From contig NC_068988.1 of NCBI RefSeq assembly GCF_001194135.2, positions 43,982,611 through 44,038,383 of the forward strand: a DNA stretch of 55,773 bases, read 5' to 3'. Below the pieces are notes generated by a model. The model saw only the letters and a list, made by a program, of their open reading frames with translations, searched no databases and had not been told where the DNA came from. Made by a program: the position numbers and the translations under genes. Shown one piece after another: positions 36,853 through 48,530 of the stretch. Each line of letters begins with the position of its first letter. Position 1 is the first letter of the stretch. Origin of the DNA: Octopus bimaculoides (taxonomy: Eukaryota).

Positions 36853-37226
36853 AGACGTGACTGTGTGGTAAGAAGCTTGCTTCCCAACCATATGGTTCCT
36901 GATTTTCTCATACTGCGTGGCACTTTGGAGAAGCGTCTTCTACTAAAGCCGACCAAAGCCTTGTGGGTGGATTTGGTACATGGAAACTGAAAGAAGCCCA
37001 TTGTGTGTGTGTGTGTGTGTGTGTGTGTTTGTCCCCCACCACCGCTTGACATCCGGTGTTGGTGCATTTATATCTTCGTAACTTAGCGGTTCAGTAAAAG
37101 AGACCAATAGAATAAGTACGAGGCTTTAGAAACAAAGTACTGAGGTGGATTCATTCGATTAAAAATTCTTCAAAGAGGTGTCCCAGCATGGCCGCAGTCT
37201 CATGACTGAAACAAGTAAAAGATATA
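36853..37226 (+). mobile_element. SINE family A (full length)
   Basis: Head GACGTGACTGTGTGGTAAG, (TG)n, canonical tail. Confidence 0.85.
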
Positions 37227-37884
37227 GATACAGTTTAATACAGAGGTAGCATATCTCTTTATAAGCTTTAATTACCACTTCCGTTACTGTTTGATACAAA
37301 ATCTTGCAACAAAGGTAATTAAAGGGTTGGAAATCATAACATTTGGTGCAAATTTAGAGCTCCTTTTATGCATCACAAGTAATACTACTTGAATTTTTAG
37401 AAATATTTTCCGTGTAACCGTTAAATTAGAAGTAAATATTTTAAACAGCTGTACTTGTGTAAACATTCTCGCCCGAGGCTGTCTTAATAGCAATGTACTG
37501 GATCCTAACGTATTTATTGATAGTAAGACATATTATACATAGATCCGAACTGAGCCCTTAGACCCGTAGGCCTCCTGAGCAACTGCCCAGTGTGTCCATA
37601 CCTTAAGGCGGAGCTGCTCTCCACATAAATAATTTACCTTCTCACTCGACCACATCCTGCGTTCCTTCTCTGTTGCGACTTTCGGCATTTTTATGTGACT
37701 TTTCAAACATAGCAACATTAAGGCCCAACTCAATGAATGTTATGCTTAACTGGACTCACCAGCTTACATGACAGCCGTGAAAGATTTCTTTGTCAATTGT
37801 TTTTCACAGTTTTTTTTTATCTTCGCAACAGAAAATATTAACAATCACATTGCCAAATATTTGACTCCACACAAAAGAATTTAC

Positions 37885-38115
37885 TCTCATTCGATGCTGC
37901 AGCTGCGGGATGGAAGCGGCCTCGTGGCAGGCCCCGTACTAGATGACTGGACGTGATTGGGCAAGATCTCCAAAGACTCGACGTCATGCAGAGGGGCTGG
38001 CACAAGACCGCTAACAGTGGAGAGCACTGGTAGACCTGGTCGGCTCTACGCATAATGACGTCTTTGGGGCCGCTAATCTGAGATGACCCCAGCCCTATCA
38101 AGCAGGACCATGAAG
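37885..38115 (+). mobile_element. RTE-clade LINE 3' end fragment
   Basis: FDAAAAGWKRPRGRPRTR*LDVIGQDLQRL...AQDR*QWRALVDLVGSTH, the typical RTE ORF C-terminus. Confidence 0.75.
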
Positions 38116-40149
38116 CAAGCAAAACAGCAAGTACAAAGAATTTTCACATTTCCTATTTTTAGTCGATTTGATTTATTATTTCAACATTTCTCTTTTGTGT
38201 GTGAAAGATCCCAAACGCATAACGTGCCACTGCCTAACGTTTGGTGCCCCTGAACATGTAACTCCCCATCATCTCCTCCAGTATGAGATACTCCAGGTGA
38301 CTGCTGGAGTTGTTGATACATTTGGGGCTGCTCTGTGTTCAACGTGCAGCAAAGCGCGAAAATCCAGACCAAGACAGCAAAGATTTGGACAGGAATATCG
38401 TTCCACATCATGACCGATTATTCTCATGGAGATGCTGGAGGGAGGAGGTTCTGTCATATTAGCTCTTGGCATCGTAAATCATCCACCTGTCTCAAATGTT
38501 ACATCAATGCACATGGACGTATAACGTTGAGCAGTCAAAATGAAACAATCAGCATGCCTGTTTGTATGCATCTATGAGTTTGAGAATGTTCTAGTGATGT
38601 GTAACTGTGTATGTCTGTGAGTGTATATGGGTATGTAATTATGTAATATGTGTGTTTGTGAATATCCAAGTAATGTGTGTAATGAATGTATGTATCTATG
38701 ACATATGTGTGAATGTGTGTGTTTTTATATATGGTATGTGTTTTGGTGAGTTTACGTGACATATTTGCGTAAATGCACCATGTATGTTTGTGTGCCTATC
38801 CAGGACGTGTCTATGTGATTTCTGCATCTATATTATGTTTCTGCACGAGTTTATATAGCACGTAAAAGGATAAGCGAGTGAAAGAGGGGAAAGAGAGAGA
38901 TAGAAAGATATATAAAAACGAGCAGAGAGAAATGCATCAGGTAAACTAAACGAATATAATTTTTTTCTCACGTCTCATGAAGAAAACAGGTTAACACCCC
39001 TACATCAAAGGGCGTTAATAGGTTCGCCCAGTATTATATATAAAAACAGCTGTCTCTAAGGCAAGAACAGACGAAGATAGACAAAGAAAAGGCAAATCTA
39101 GGTAAAAGTTAAACAAACGCCAACAAGAAAATGAAACGAGTTGTTTCTGTCGTTTGCTCAAAAGCGATTGAGCGGGCTATGATGTCATAATTCAAAGTGA
39201 TTTTTGACCTTTCGGTCAGCAAAGTAAGAAATAAGGAAAGAACAAAAATACAGAGAAGGGAAAAAGAAAAAAAAAAGAAAAAGGGAAGAGGATAGACAAT
39301 CTAGTATGTGATTTGAACTTCACTTTCTCCGAGAAAAAAGAAAAAAAAAGAGAGGGAAACAACCGCGGAAAGGAAGAGAGAAGGAAGAAACTGAAGGAGT
39401 GAAAAGGAAGAAGAATCTATTGCTGCAGCTGCTGCTATGATAGTTTAGTTGACAAATCCCTCTGAAGCTACGAATCAGCCAAAACTATTTCGTGATCAGC
39501 ATCAAGCAATACTTGTGATAAAAATTTTAGTAGCAATATAAGAACATGTTGCAGAATGGTTTTGTTAATAATTTCCAAGGTGAGACCCATTCCCACACAC
39601 TTTACCTATTATTGTTCCGCAGCCAATAAAATAAAGTACCGGTCAAGTACAGGGGACGATGGTATCAACTAACCCTTCCCTTCAAATTGATTACCTTGTA
39701 CCTAAATCAGAAACTATTATTATTATTATTATCATTATTATTCAGTAGACTTATTTTTATCGCGTGTACTCCACTTTACTACGAGTGCAGCTCTGTGTGC
39801 CTTGGGTACGTGCTGTTTTTTTTTTTTTGATTATTTGTTCGGTGTTACAGTACCTAGCAGTGTTATTTTCCGTATGTTATATATATATTTTCTAACCAGG
39901 ATTGGGTTATGTTTTTGTTTGCATGTTTTTGATCACACCTTGACACAGTTTTTGGCTTTCAGGTTCCACATTCAGGTTACTTCTATTTACGTTCTGGGTT
40001 CAAATTCCACGAAAGTCGACTTTGCCTTTCACCTTTCTGGATCGATAAAATAAGTACCAGTCACGTATTGGGGATCAATATAATCGACTTCCCCCTCCCC
40101 TCAAAAACTGCTGACCCTAGGCCAAAATTTGAAACGAACATTGTTATTA

Positions 40150-40520
40150 TTGACGAGTCCCCTACACAAGCTCTTTTAGCCACAGACACTAAGGAGAGAA
40201 AAGTTTAGTCAAATCTTTCTCTGCTCACTGACTGTGGCGAAAGAGTTATATGGCAGATTAGTCTTAAAGGTTTGAAGACAAGCATTTTTCTATCTAGCTA
40301 AGTTTTCAACTTCTTCAAGTACCAGACAAAAAGGAAGGTGAAGGTAAAAAGGAAGGTATTGCTTTGTTTATCGAAAGGAGGATAGAAGTCGCAAGACTGG
40401 TTATTCTAAATGGGTCTGTTCTGAGTATGCTTTTCTAAGTAAGAGGGGGGAAAGTGATAGAGGGCACTTTTGATGATTTGGAAATGGCAGAGAAATCTGG
40501 GGTTTTTTAAATGGAGTTTC
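40150..40520 (+). mobile_element. L1/Tx1-clade LINE 3' end fragment (old)
   Basis: FFKYQTKRKVKV / ALFIERRIEVARLVILNGSV resembles the 32.8 and 33.3 kb ORF2 ends. Confidence 0.5.
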
Positions 40521-43163
40521 TTCCAAATAATATAAGGAGGACTTCCCCACTATTGAGGAATTTTTCTTGTTAGAATTTTTGCTGGAATATCATTTTGATA
40601 TCTTTTGTTAGTTTTTCCATTAATACTGATTTCCCTGTGATCGATAAAAGCCCCACCTTTTATTTGATCTATTTCGTCCTTTATATTGTTCTCAATGTTT
40701 TGGGCCCTTGTAGTCCAATATAAGAAATTAATTATTGCTTTGTTTTGAGTTCCAATGCCACCGGGGTCGAGTTTGCGTTTCATCATTTCGGAGTTAATAA
40801 AATAAGTATCAGTTGAGCGCTGGGAAGTCGATGTCATCGTCTTATCCCTCTCAGAAATTGCTGGTCTTCAGCAAAAATTTGAGACTATTATTATTATTAT
40901 TATTATAATCATTGACTACTTTTTAATTACTGAAAGTTTCGTGCCTAGCAGCAATCGAAAATAATCATGATGCTGTTGGCCTTTTTCCGAGACAAGGTGC
41001 TGCAAATTTCCATTAAGCATTAAACATCCGGCTGAACCTCGATTTCCGGTTGACATTGATGCCTACATCCCTTCAGTTAATGGTATATCCCTTCTAATTT
41101 ATTAAGCAGAATTTTTTTCCATTATGGCATTTCGATATCATTCTGACTTAGAATTGTCTATAGTTAGGAGACGAATTCTCTTCAGATGATATGCCATCCA
41201 ATGTTTACTGTCAAGTTTGAAACTTACAGTAATGCCAAAAGTAGTCAAATAACAATGAATATGTGTGTGTGTGTGTGTGTGTGTGTGAGACTAAAACAAA
41301 TCTGAGCATTTCCAAACGAATTATTTTCAGTACGGCTATAGCTGATTTTGACATTATTTTTTTATTAAGTAATTCATCGTGCTTATTTATTTCTAAGAGT
41401 TTTCTACCAATAGCTGGTCTTTCATTTAAAGCTAAGGAGAACGTTGAAACAATTTCTATTTTCTTCGTTGTTAAATTTGAGGGAGAAAAAAACTACACTT
41501 ACATTTATGCCCAATTTCTCTAAAACCTCATAATAATTGTCAGCTTCATTTGAAGAAAGGGTAGATACTTAGTTGCTATAAAATTTCTAAAATATAACGG
41601 GTGTGTAGTTGAAATTCTACTCGATTTACATAAGTTGTTAATTCGAGTTTCTATAACGTTGATATTTACATGTCTTCTCTAAGTTTAATGTAACATAAAA
41701 TGTTGTCTATACTTATTAGTGGTGGTTATATTGTCGAAACGTAGCTTAGATGTGGTTTTTAGATCTTTCCTAATCTATTTTTGGACTGGACATTGTACTA
41801 AAAGGAAAGGCCATCATCTCTAATGTCATGCTTTTAAGGTTTTGAATTTTCTTTTGGGTATATTTACAACATATATTCCATTCAAACCACATACTTCAGT
41901 CTCATGAAAGCGAAGCTCATACTGACATCAAACAGATCGTTGTATGTATGTTCGTACTCTTCTGTTACTAATTATATGAAAGCTTCCGGTAAGGACGGAC
42001 CTGGTTTCTAACAAAGATGCAAAACTACATCATTGGCATGTAGATAAAAGTAGTCATATGTTAAAAATTTGAGAAAAGTCTTGCATACATTTACTTTTCC
42101 ACTTACAGATTGTATTTGTAATGTGCGTGAGCTGATTGGTTTCTTTTTCTGAAGATCCTATCTTTTAGATTGTCCCTTCGGCATATTACTCACAAAACCA
42201 AGAGCGCCAATTATTATTAGAATAAATGCGAATTTGCGATTTAGGCATACAGGCTAAAGGCTTCAAACAAGTTGCCCATAGTAATACTTTTGTCTTTGAT
42301 TTTCGAAGAGATATTCACATCAGCAGAGCCGCTGACCTCTATGACGTTACATACTTTTCTTGTCCGTCGCAAACAATGGTATCCGTCCTGTTATGCTTGC
42401 ACTTGGTAGAAGTTTTGATTGGAATGTTCTGCCTATTCTGCCTAGTTCCAATCACTGTTGTGAACATTTTAAAATCACGACTGATAAGAAAGATTTTTTG
42501 TACATACATACATACATACATACATTTACAATCTGTAAACGGAACAGTAAAACTATGCAAGACTTTTCTCAAGTTTAAAATATGACATTGGGTTCGTCAT
42601 ATACATTCCAACGATGGAGCTTTGTATCTTTGTTAGAAACCTGTTCCTTATTCAAAGGAAAAATTTGAATAATTAAAAAGAGAAACATACATACATACAT
42701 ACGTACGTACGTATGTATGTACGTATGTATGTATGTATGTATGTATGTATGTATGTATAAGTTTCAGGGCTAACTAAAAAAATTCCGAAGTGCTAGAAAC
42801 TTATATTTTGGTGATTGAATGGGAGTTTAACAAGAGGCTGGAGAATACGATTAGGCTCACATAACATGCAAATTATTCTGGAGACTAGCTCAGCCAAGAG
42901 AAATGTTAGTAATCTTGCCGGCTGGACATTGTGTTATAATATCGGTGAAGATCTCGGGACTATACCTCCTTTGCCCTTTCAGGTTCGTGGAAAGAATCTG
43001 TCGATAAGAAATATCAAATTCCGGGTTCTTTTATGACCTCTGAACTAGAATTACAACGTGGTTTTAGAAATGATGGATATCTCTTATGGACTCCCTCCGG
43101 GGAAGAGGAGCAGATAAATATCTATGAATTATATAGTATTACCTATGTAGCAATTTGCTGTGG

Positions 43164-43188
43164 ATGAGACAGAGCAGTTTTACATATT
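43164..43188 (+). CDS. PIN-domain gene, putative first coding exon (MRQSSFTY-C)
   Basis: ATG 43164 with in-frame TAG upstream at 43134; strong donor gtaagt at 43189 in phase 1, matching the phase-1 acceptor at 43326. Kozak context is weak; ATG 43434 is an alternative start. Confidence 0.55.
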
Positions 43189-43326
43189 GTAAGTTGTGTG
43201 TGTGTGTGTGTGTTTTGGGAGAAATTGAAAGGGAATAATTTAATTCTTGTAAGTGATCCGATTTTTTTTCTTGTTTGGTTTGATATTTCTTCCTTCTCAT
43301 TGGACTTTGATGATGATATTTCTCAG

Positions 43327-43837
43327 GCACATTATCAAGACTACAATCCAGATTGCGCGAGCGAAGGAGGAAGAGGAGAAAAAGAAGAAGAAATCGAGCA
43401 AAATCACAAAGAAGGAAAAGGCATATTGCCAGAATGCGACAGGCATGTACCATACCTTTCTCTCCTTTCCGCCCTTTCCACTCACGTTGGTCTGTAAGAG
43501 GCTATAAACATTTAGCATCACGTCCTACCATCATATCACGACCAACGATCCGAAGGCGGAAGCTTGTACACGGCCGTGGAGGATTTGACGTTCATCATAG
43601 AAGACGTAAAATAGATGGCCAGAATCATCGTCAAGCTTGTTCATTTACATTCAGACCTAGGTTTCGTCATCGTCATTATCGCATGAATCCTCTGAAACAT
43701 AAACTATGCAGGATGGATCACATCATATTTTGGGATATAGACAACTGGAGTAGGTTCTTTGAAAAGCTGAAGTTTCTCTTGCCTCCGAATACCTTCGTAT
43801 GGGGCTTTCATAGTACCCAATGGAACCAGCCAACCAG
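43327..43837 (+). CDS. PIN-domain gene exon 2: Arg/Lys-rich region and first part of the PIN-like domain
   Basis: Acceptor gatatttctcag, donor gtaatg; open frame TLSRLQSRLRERRRKRRKRRR...HIIFWDIDNWSRFFEKLKFLLPPNTFVWGFHSTQWNQPT(R); 511 nt. Confidence 0.88.
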
Positions 43838-43984
43838 GTAATGCATTCGTGTTAAAGCTCTTTAAGTGTGAGAGGGTGTCTGGCTAAATGAAATGCAATT
43901 TTTGGCTCTGTCTCTTTAAGCTCTGTGCTCAGATCTCGCTGGAATCAGAGTTATTTCTTTTAGCTCATTTCTATTATTTTATTT

Positions 43985-44435
43985 CTTTTATTTGTTTCAG
44001 TCATTTGACTGCGGCCATGCTGGGACACCACCTAGAAGGATTTTAGTCGGACAGATCGAGCCCGGGACTTATTTTCAAAGCCTAGTACTTATTCTATCAA
44101 TCTATNNNNNNNNNNNNNNNNNNNNNNNNNNNNNNNNNNNNNNNNNNNNNNNNNNNNNNNNNNNNNNNNNNNNNNNNNNNNNNNNNNNNNNNNNNNNNNN
44201 NNNNNNNNNNNNNNNNNNNNNNNNNNNNNNNNNNNNNNNNNNNNNNNNNNNNNNNNNNNNNNNNNNNNNNNNNNATATATACGACGGGCTTTCAGTTTCC
44301 GTCTACCAAATCCACTCACAAGGCTTTGGTCAGCCCGAGGTTATAGTAGAAGGCGCTTGCCCAAGGTGCCATGCAGTGGGACTGAACCCGGAACCGTATG
44401 GTTGGGAAGCAAGCTTCTTACCACACCTGCGCCTT
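43985..44435 (-). mobile_element. SINE family A, antisense, in intron 2 of the PIN-domain gene (spans a gap)
   Basis: Reverse-complement tail TTTCAGTCATTTGACTGCGGCCATGCTGG and head ...GGGACTGAACCCGGAACC...ACCACAC. Confidence 0.82.
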
Positions 44436-45015
44436 TAGATAATGTAAATTACTTAGGTGATAAATGTGTTCTCCTCATTTGTATATGTCCTTTGGATTCT
44501 GGGGATAAAGTTGGGCAGTTGTTGTGCTGATAACAGCTATTGAACCGGAAACGTAAGTCCACGCCTGTTCTTTTACAACTAATCAATAAACTTCTCCCTT
44601 TCCTTAATGGCATGCCAATTGTAGAAGATGCTTGAATCTTGCGATTACCTCCACTTCTCAAATGGAGCTTGTATGGCTATAGTTTGGGCAGGAACTGTTT
44701 AATTTCCTCATCCAGACGGTTCGTACCTGATATGTACGCATGCGCGCGCACAAACAGATGAATACGTGTTGGTATATGTGTGATATAAGTGGGTATACAT
44801 ATGTTCGAATATATATGCATATATACATGTATATGCATATATATATATATAGATATGCATTTGTGTGCGTTCATGATTCAGTTTTATCAATCGATCGATT
44901 GATCTACAGAAAATATAGGAAACGACCCTCATAACGATATCTACTCCGAAGCCGAAACAAATCAACTACCAAAGGAAAAGAAATAAAGACGTACGTATGT
45001 ATATGTAACAAATGT

Positions 45016-45340
45016 GAAGGAGCGTGGCTTAGTGGTTAAAGCATTAGGCTCACGATCTTACGATCGTGAGTTCGATTCCCGACTGCGTTGTGTTCTTGAG
45101 CATTATACTTCATTTCACGTTGCTCCAGTCCACTCAGCTGGCAAAAATGAGTAGTACCTGTAGTTCAAAGGGCCAGCCTTGCCACGTTCTGTGTCACGCT
45201 GAATCTCCCTGAGAACTACGCGTTAAGGGCACGCGTGTCTGTTGAATGCTCAGTCATTTACACGTTAATTACACGAGTAGACTGTTCCGTAAATCGGATT
45301 AATTGGAACACTCGCCGTCGTACCCGACGGAATGCCATTT
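45016..45340 (+). mobile_element. tRNA-headed SINE family C (related partial copy 35581-35705)
   Basis: GGCTTAGTGGTTAAAG (A box) ... GAGTTCGATTCCC (B box), then GTGTTCTTGAGC...CACGTTGCTCCAGTCCACTCAGCTG shared with the 35.6-kb copy. Confidence 0.7.
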
Positions 45341-45413
45341 ATGTCATGTAGTATATATATATATATATTTTCTTTACGTGCATACGCGTATATTATAGCT
45401 GTATATATGAATG

Positions 45414-45455
<42 letters not shown>

Positions 45456-46093
45456 NNNNNNNNNNNNNNNNNNNNNNNNNNNNNNNNNNNNNNNNNNNNN
45501 NNNNNNNNNNNNNNNNNNNNNNNNNNNNNNNNNNNNNNNNNNNNNNNNNNNNNNNNNNNNNNNNNNNNNNNNNNNNNNNNNNNNNNNNNNNNNNNNNNNN
45601 NNNNNNNNNNNNNNNNNNNNNNNNNNNNNNNNNNNNNNNNNNNNNNNNNNNNNNNNNNNNNNNNNNNNNNNNNNNNNNNNNNNNNNNNNNNNNNNNNNNN
45701 NNNNNNNNNNNNNNNNNNNNNNNNNNNNNNNNNNNNNNNNNNNNNNNNNNNNNNNNNNNNNNNNNNNNNNNNNNNNNNNNNNNNNNNNNNNNNNNNNNNN
45801 NNNNNNNNNNNNNNNNNNNNNNNNNNNNNNNNNNNNNNNNNNNNNNNNNNNNNNNNNNNNNNNNNNNNNNNNNNNNNNNNNNNNNNNNNNNNNNNNNNNN
45901 NNNNNNNNNNNNNNNNNNNNNNNNNNNNNNNNNNNNNNNNNNNNNNNNNNNNNNNNNNNNNNNNNNNNNNNNNNNNNNNNNNNNNNNNNNNNNNNNNNNN
46001 NNNNNNNNNNNNNNNNNNNNNNNNNNNNNNNNNNNNNNNNNNNNNNNNNNNNNNNNNNNNNNNNNNNNNNNNNNNNNNNNNNNNNNNNNNNNN

Positions 46094-46125
<32 letters not shown>

Positions 46126-46134
46126 TATATATAT

Positions 46135-46292
46135 ATACGACGAGCTTTCAGTCTCCGTCTACCAAATTCACTCACAAGGCTTTGGTCAGCCCGAGGTTAT
46201 AGTAGAAGGCGCTTGCCCAAGGTGCCATGCAGCGGGACTGAACCCGGAACCGTGTGGTTGGGAAGCAAGCTTCTTACCACACCTGCGCCTTT
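46135..46292 (-). mobile_element. SINE family A head, antisense
   Basis: Near-identical to 44278-44435. Confidence 0.82.
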
Positions 46293-46559
46293 ATATATCC
46301 TACATTATATCGGTACAGTTCGATGCAACCCCGAAAAACTGGTTTACCAGTCAGCATTAATAATAGGCTGTGGACAGCATAATGGTATAGGGACTTTATT
46401 TGCATAAATTCAGTTGTGTGTGTGAAATATACATGAAGATAATCACACACACACACCAGAAAACTAAAACTTTCCTATTTGATAAAAGTTTTATCTGGTT
46501 GAAGAAATCCGACACTTCAAGCATTTTCAACTTGTGTCAGTGGTCGTACCACACTTTAG

Positions 46560-47420
46560 ATACATGCGCTCTTGTTATGCAAGACATTCGGAAACAAAAA
46601 TTCAATATCGCCAATATCAGTTTCTAAGGAGATGACAGATTAACTGAAAACCACACCTGTCAATAGTATACATTTGATAAGTTTAGAAAGGAACTTAGTA
46701 GCGTTTGCAAACAGCTGGGATTAAAAATCACAATCAATATCAAACTTAAGACAGCTAATTTATTGGACGTCACCCTTAGACAACAATATGCATAAATCTT
46801 ATGAAGAACTAAAGCATAAACAGGGATTCTTGGTACAAGGGTCTCCAAACTCTTTACTCTTTTCTCGTAGAGAGAGTTTTGTTAGAAAATGAATTCCGCT
46901 ATAACAGCACCTCTCCTAATAGCTGTTTCAAAGATGGGATTAAATGCATATCTCACCCACCAACTCTCAATATGATATTAGGTCCCATAATGCAATCAAG
47001 CTCACTGTCATTTTTCTTTAAGTATAAAAATAAATATCGATAAAATATTCCCAGCATGTATTGGGAGTTCTGTTCTAAAACCGTGTCAATAAAAGTTGCT
47101 TGAAAGTGACCTACAATAGTATTATGAAAAACATATTCTCTCACAAAATACTAACACCCACAACTGAAATGCACTTATAGGTCACACGGAAAGATTTTTA
47201 CATATACAAAGGGTCAGAATGTCTCAAAGCACGCTATAGCTTGCATGCAAAGCTGTTAGAGTTCTGGCATTCTACATCATCATCAAATTTGTTCAGAAGA
47301 ACCTCTTAACCTTGTGACAACGGATGGCTACACCACCATTATATACGATGCCATACCAAAAAGAACTGAGAACTTTGTTCTTATGTAAATAAATCTTTTA
47401 ATAATTATGTTATGAGTGAA
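46560..47420 (+). mobile_element. Decayed Penelope-like retroelement (RT thumb / GIY-YIG region)
   Basis: DKFRKELSSVCKQLGLKITINIKLKTANLLDVTL resembles the PLE motif ..GLKITIEAN...NFLDVTL; downstream sequence has many stops. Confidence 0.55.
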
Positions 47421-47920
47421 ACTTTGAAGTAACAAAATCACTATCCACCTTCTGCTGTATCAATATATATAAGATATATATATATAGCAATAAGAAAATA
47501 GAGGGGAAAATGTGGTACTCATCAACTTGTAGACACTGTACTATGTCAATTTACCTGTTTATTTTTCAACCAAGAGGACAATAAAAACAATATACAAACA
47601 CATATGACACACTGTCATATCAGCAATTAAAAATTAAAAAGGACATTTAGTGATCGAAGAAGGGACAAAGTCTTACAGCTGTTTCGGCCTAGGGGTGACA
47701 TGCTTCATTCTATCTATCTAACTCCAGTAAGCTTGAGTTATTGATAGATTAAATGGATGTAACAGAGGTACATGTATGATTCTCTAGTCCTCTTCAGAGA
47801 TTTACAAATTTCATGCACTATATTGGATAGATATTATCCCTTATTATCCCAAAGTCCAGCAGTATATTCGATAGATATTATCCCTTAGTGGGTTGAATTC
47901 ACAACCCCTAACTTTCTTGG

Positions 47921-47961
<41 letters not shown>

Positions 47962-48430
47962 GGATAAAATCTTTATAAGGTTAGCCAGCATGTAATAAAC
48001 CATATAGGTAACAATTAATACAAGTATATATAATTATATAAATGTAATTATAATAAGAAGGGTGTTAATGAATAGCGCCACATGCAAGAAATAGACGCCA
48101 AATGGCTCTCAGAATTAGCACGGATTGAAAAGAAAGGAAAGAAATCGATCTATGGTTAAACTTTTTTTTTTNNNNNNNNNNNNNNNNNNNNNNNNNNNNN
48201 NNNNNNNNNNNNNNNNNNNNNNNNNNNNNNNNNNNNNNNNNNNNNNNNNNNNNNNNNNNNNNNNNNNNNNNNNNNNNNNNNNNNNNNNNNNNNNNNNNNN
48301 NNNNNNNNNNNNNNNNNNNNNNNNNNNNNNNNNNNNNNNNNNNNNNNNNNNNNNNNNNNNNNNNNNNNNNNNNNNNNNNNNNNNNNNNNNNNNNNNNNNN
48401 NNNNNNTATATATATAATTTTTTCTTTCAG

Positions 48431-48530
48431 GTGCCTGGCGTTTCACCGGCTGATGTCTACTGGGGGATTTCACAAGAATTATCAGAGTGGCAGGACGAAA
48501 AATGCAGCAGATTTTGCCATGATGCTTCAA
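48431..48530 (+). CDS. PIN-domain gene exon 3
   Basis: Acceptor tttctttcag, donor gtgaga; (R)CLAFHRLMSTGGFHKNYQSGRTKNAADFAMMLQ; 100 nt, phase 2 to 0. Confidence 0.9.

Larger units (their letters stand above)
11379..48406. other. Assembly gaps: 11379-11811, 24057-24115, 26167-26335, 27228-27412, 29895-30246, 44106-44274, 45456-46093, 48172-48406
   Basis: N runs, mostly bounded by (TA)n or poly-T. Neither gene model needs sequence from a gap to stay in frame. Confidence 0.99.

Noticed and set aside
44438-44550. SINE-derived poison exon in the PIN gene (acceptor cctttag, donor gtaagt at 44551)
   Set aside because: Weak polypyrimidine tract and no supporting evidence; such site pairs arise often by chance.
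35581-45090. tRNA genes at about 35585 and 45020, and at SINE-A heads
   Set aside because: A/B boxes are present but there is no consistent cloverleaf, and each runs into a shared SINE body.
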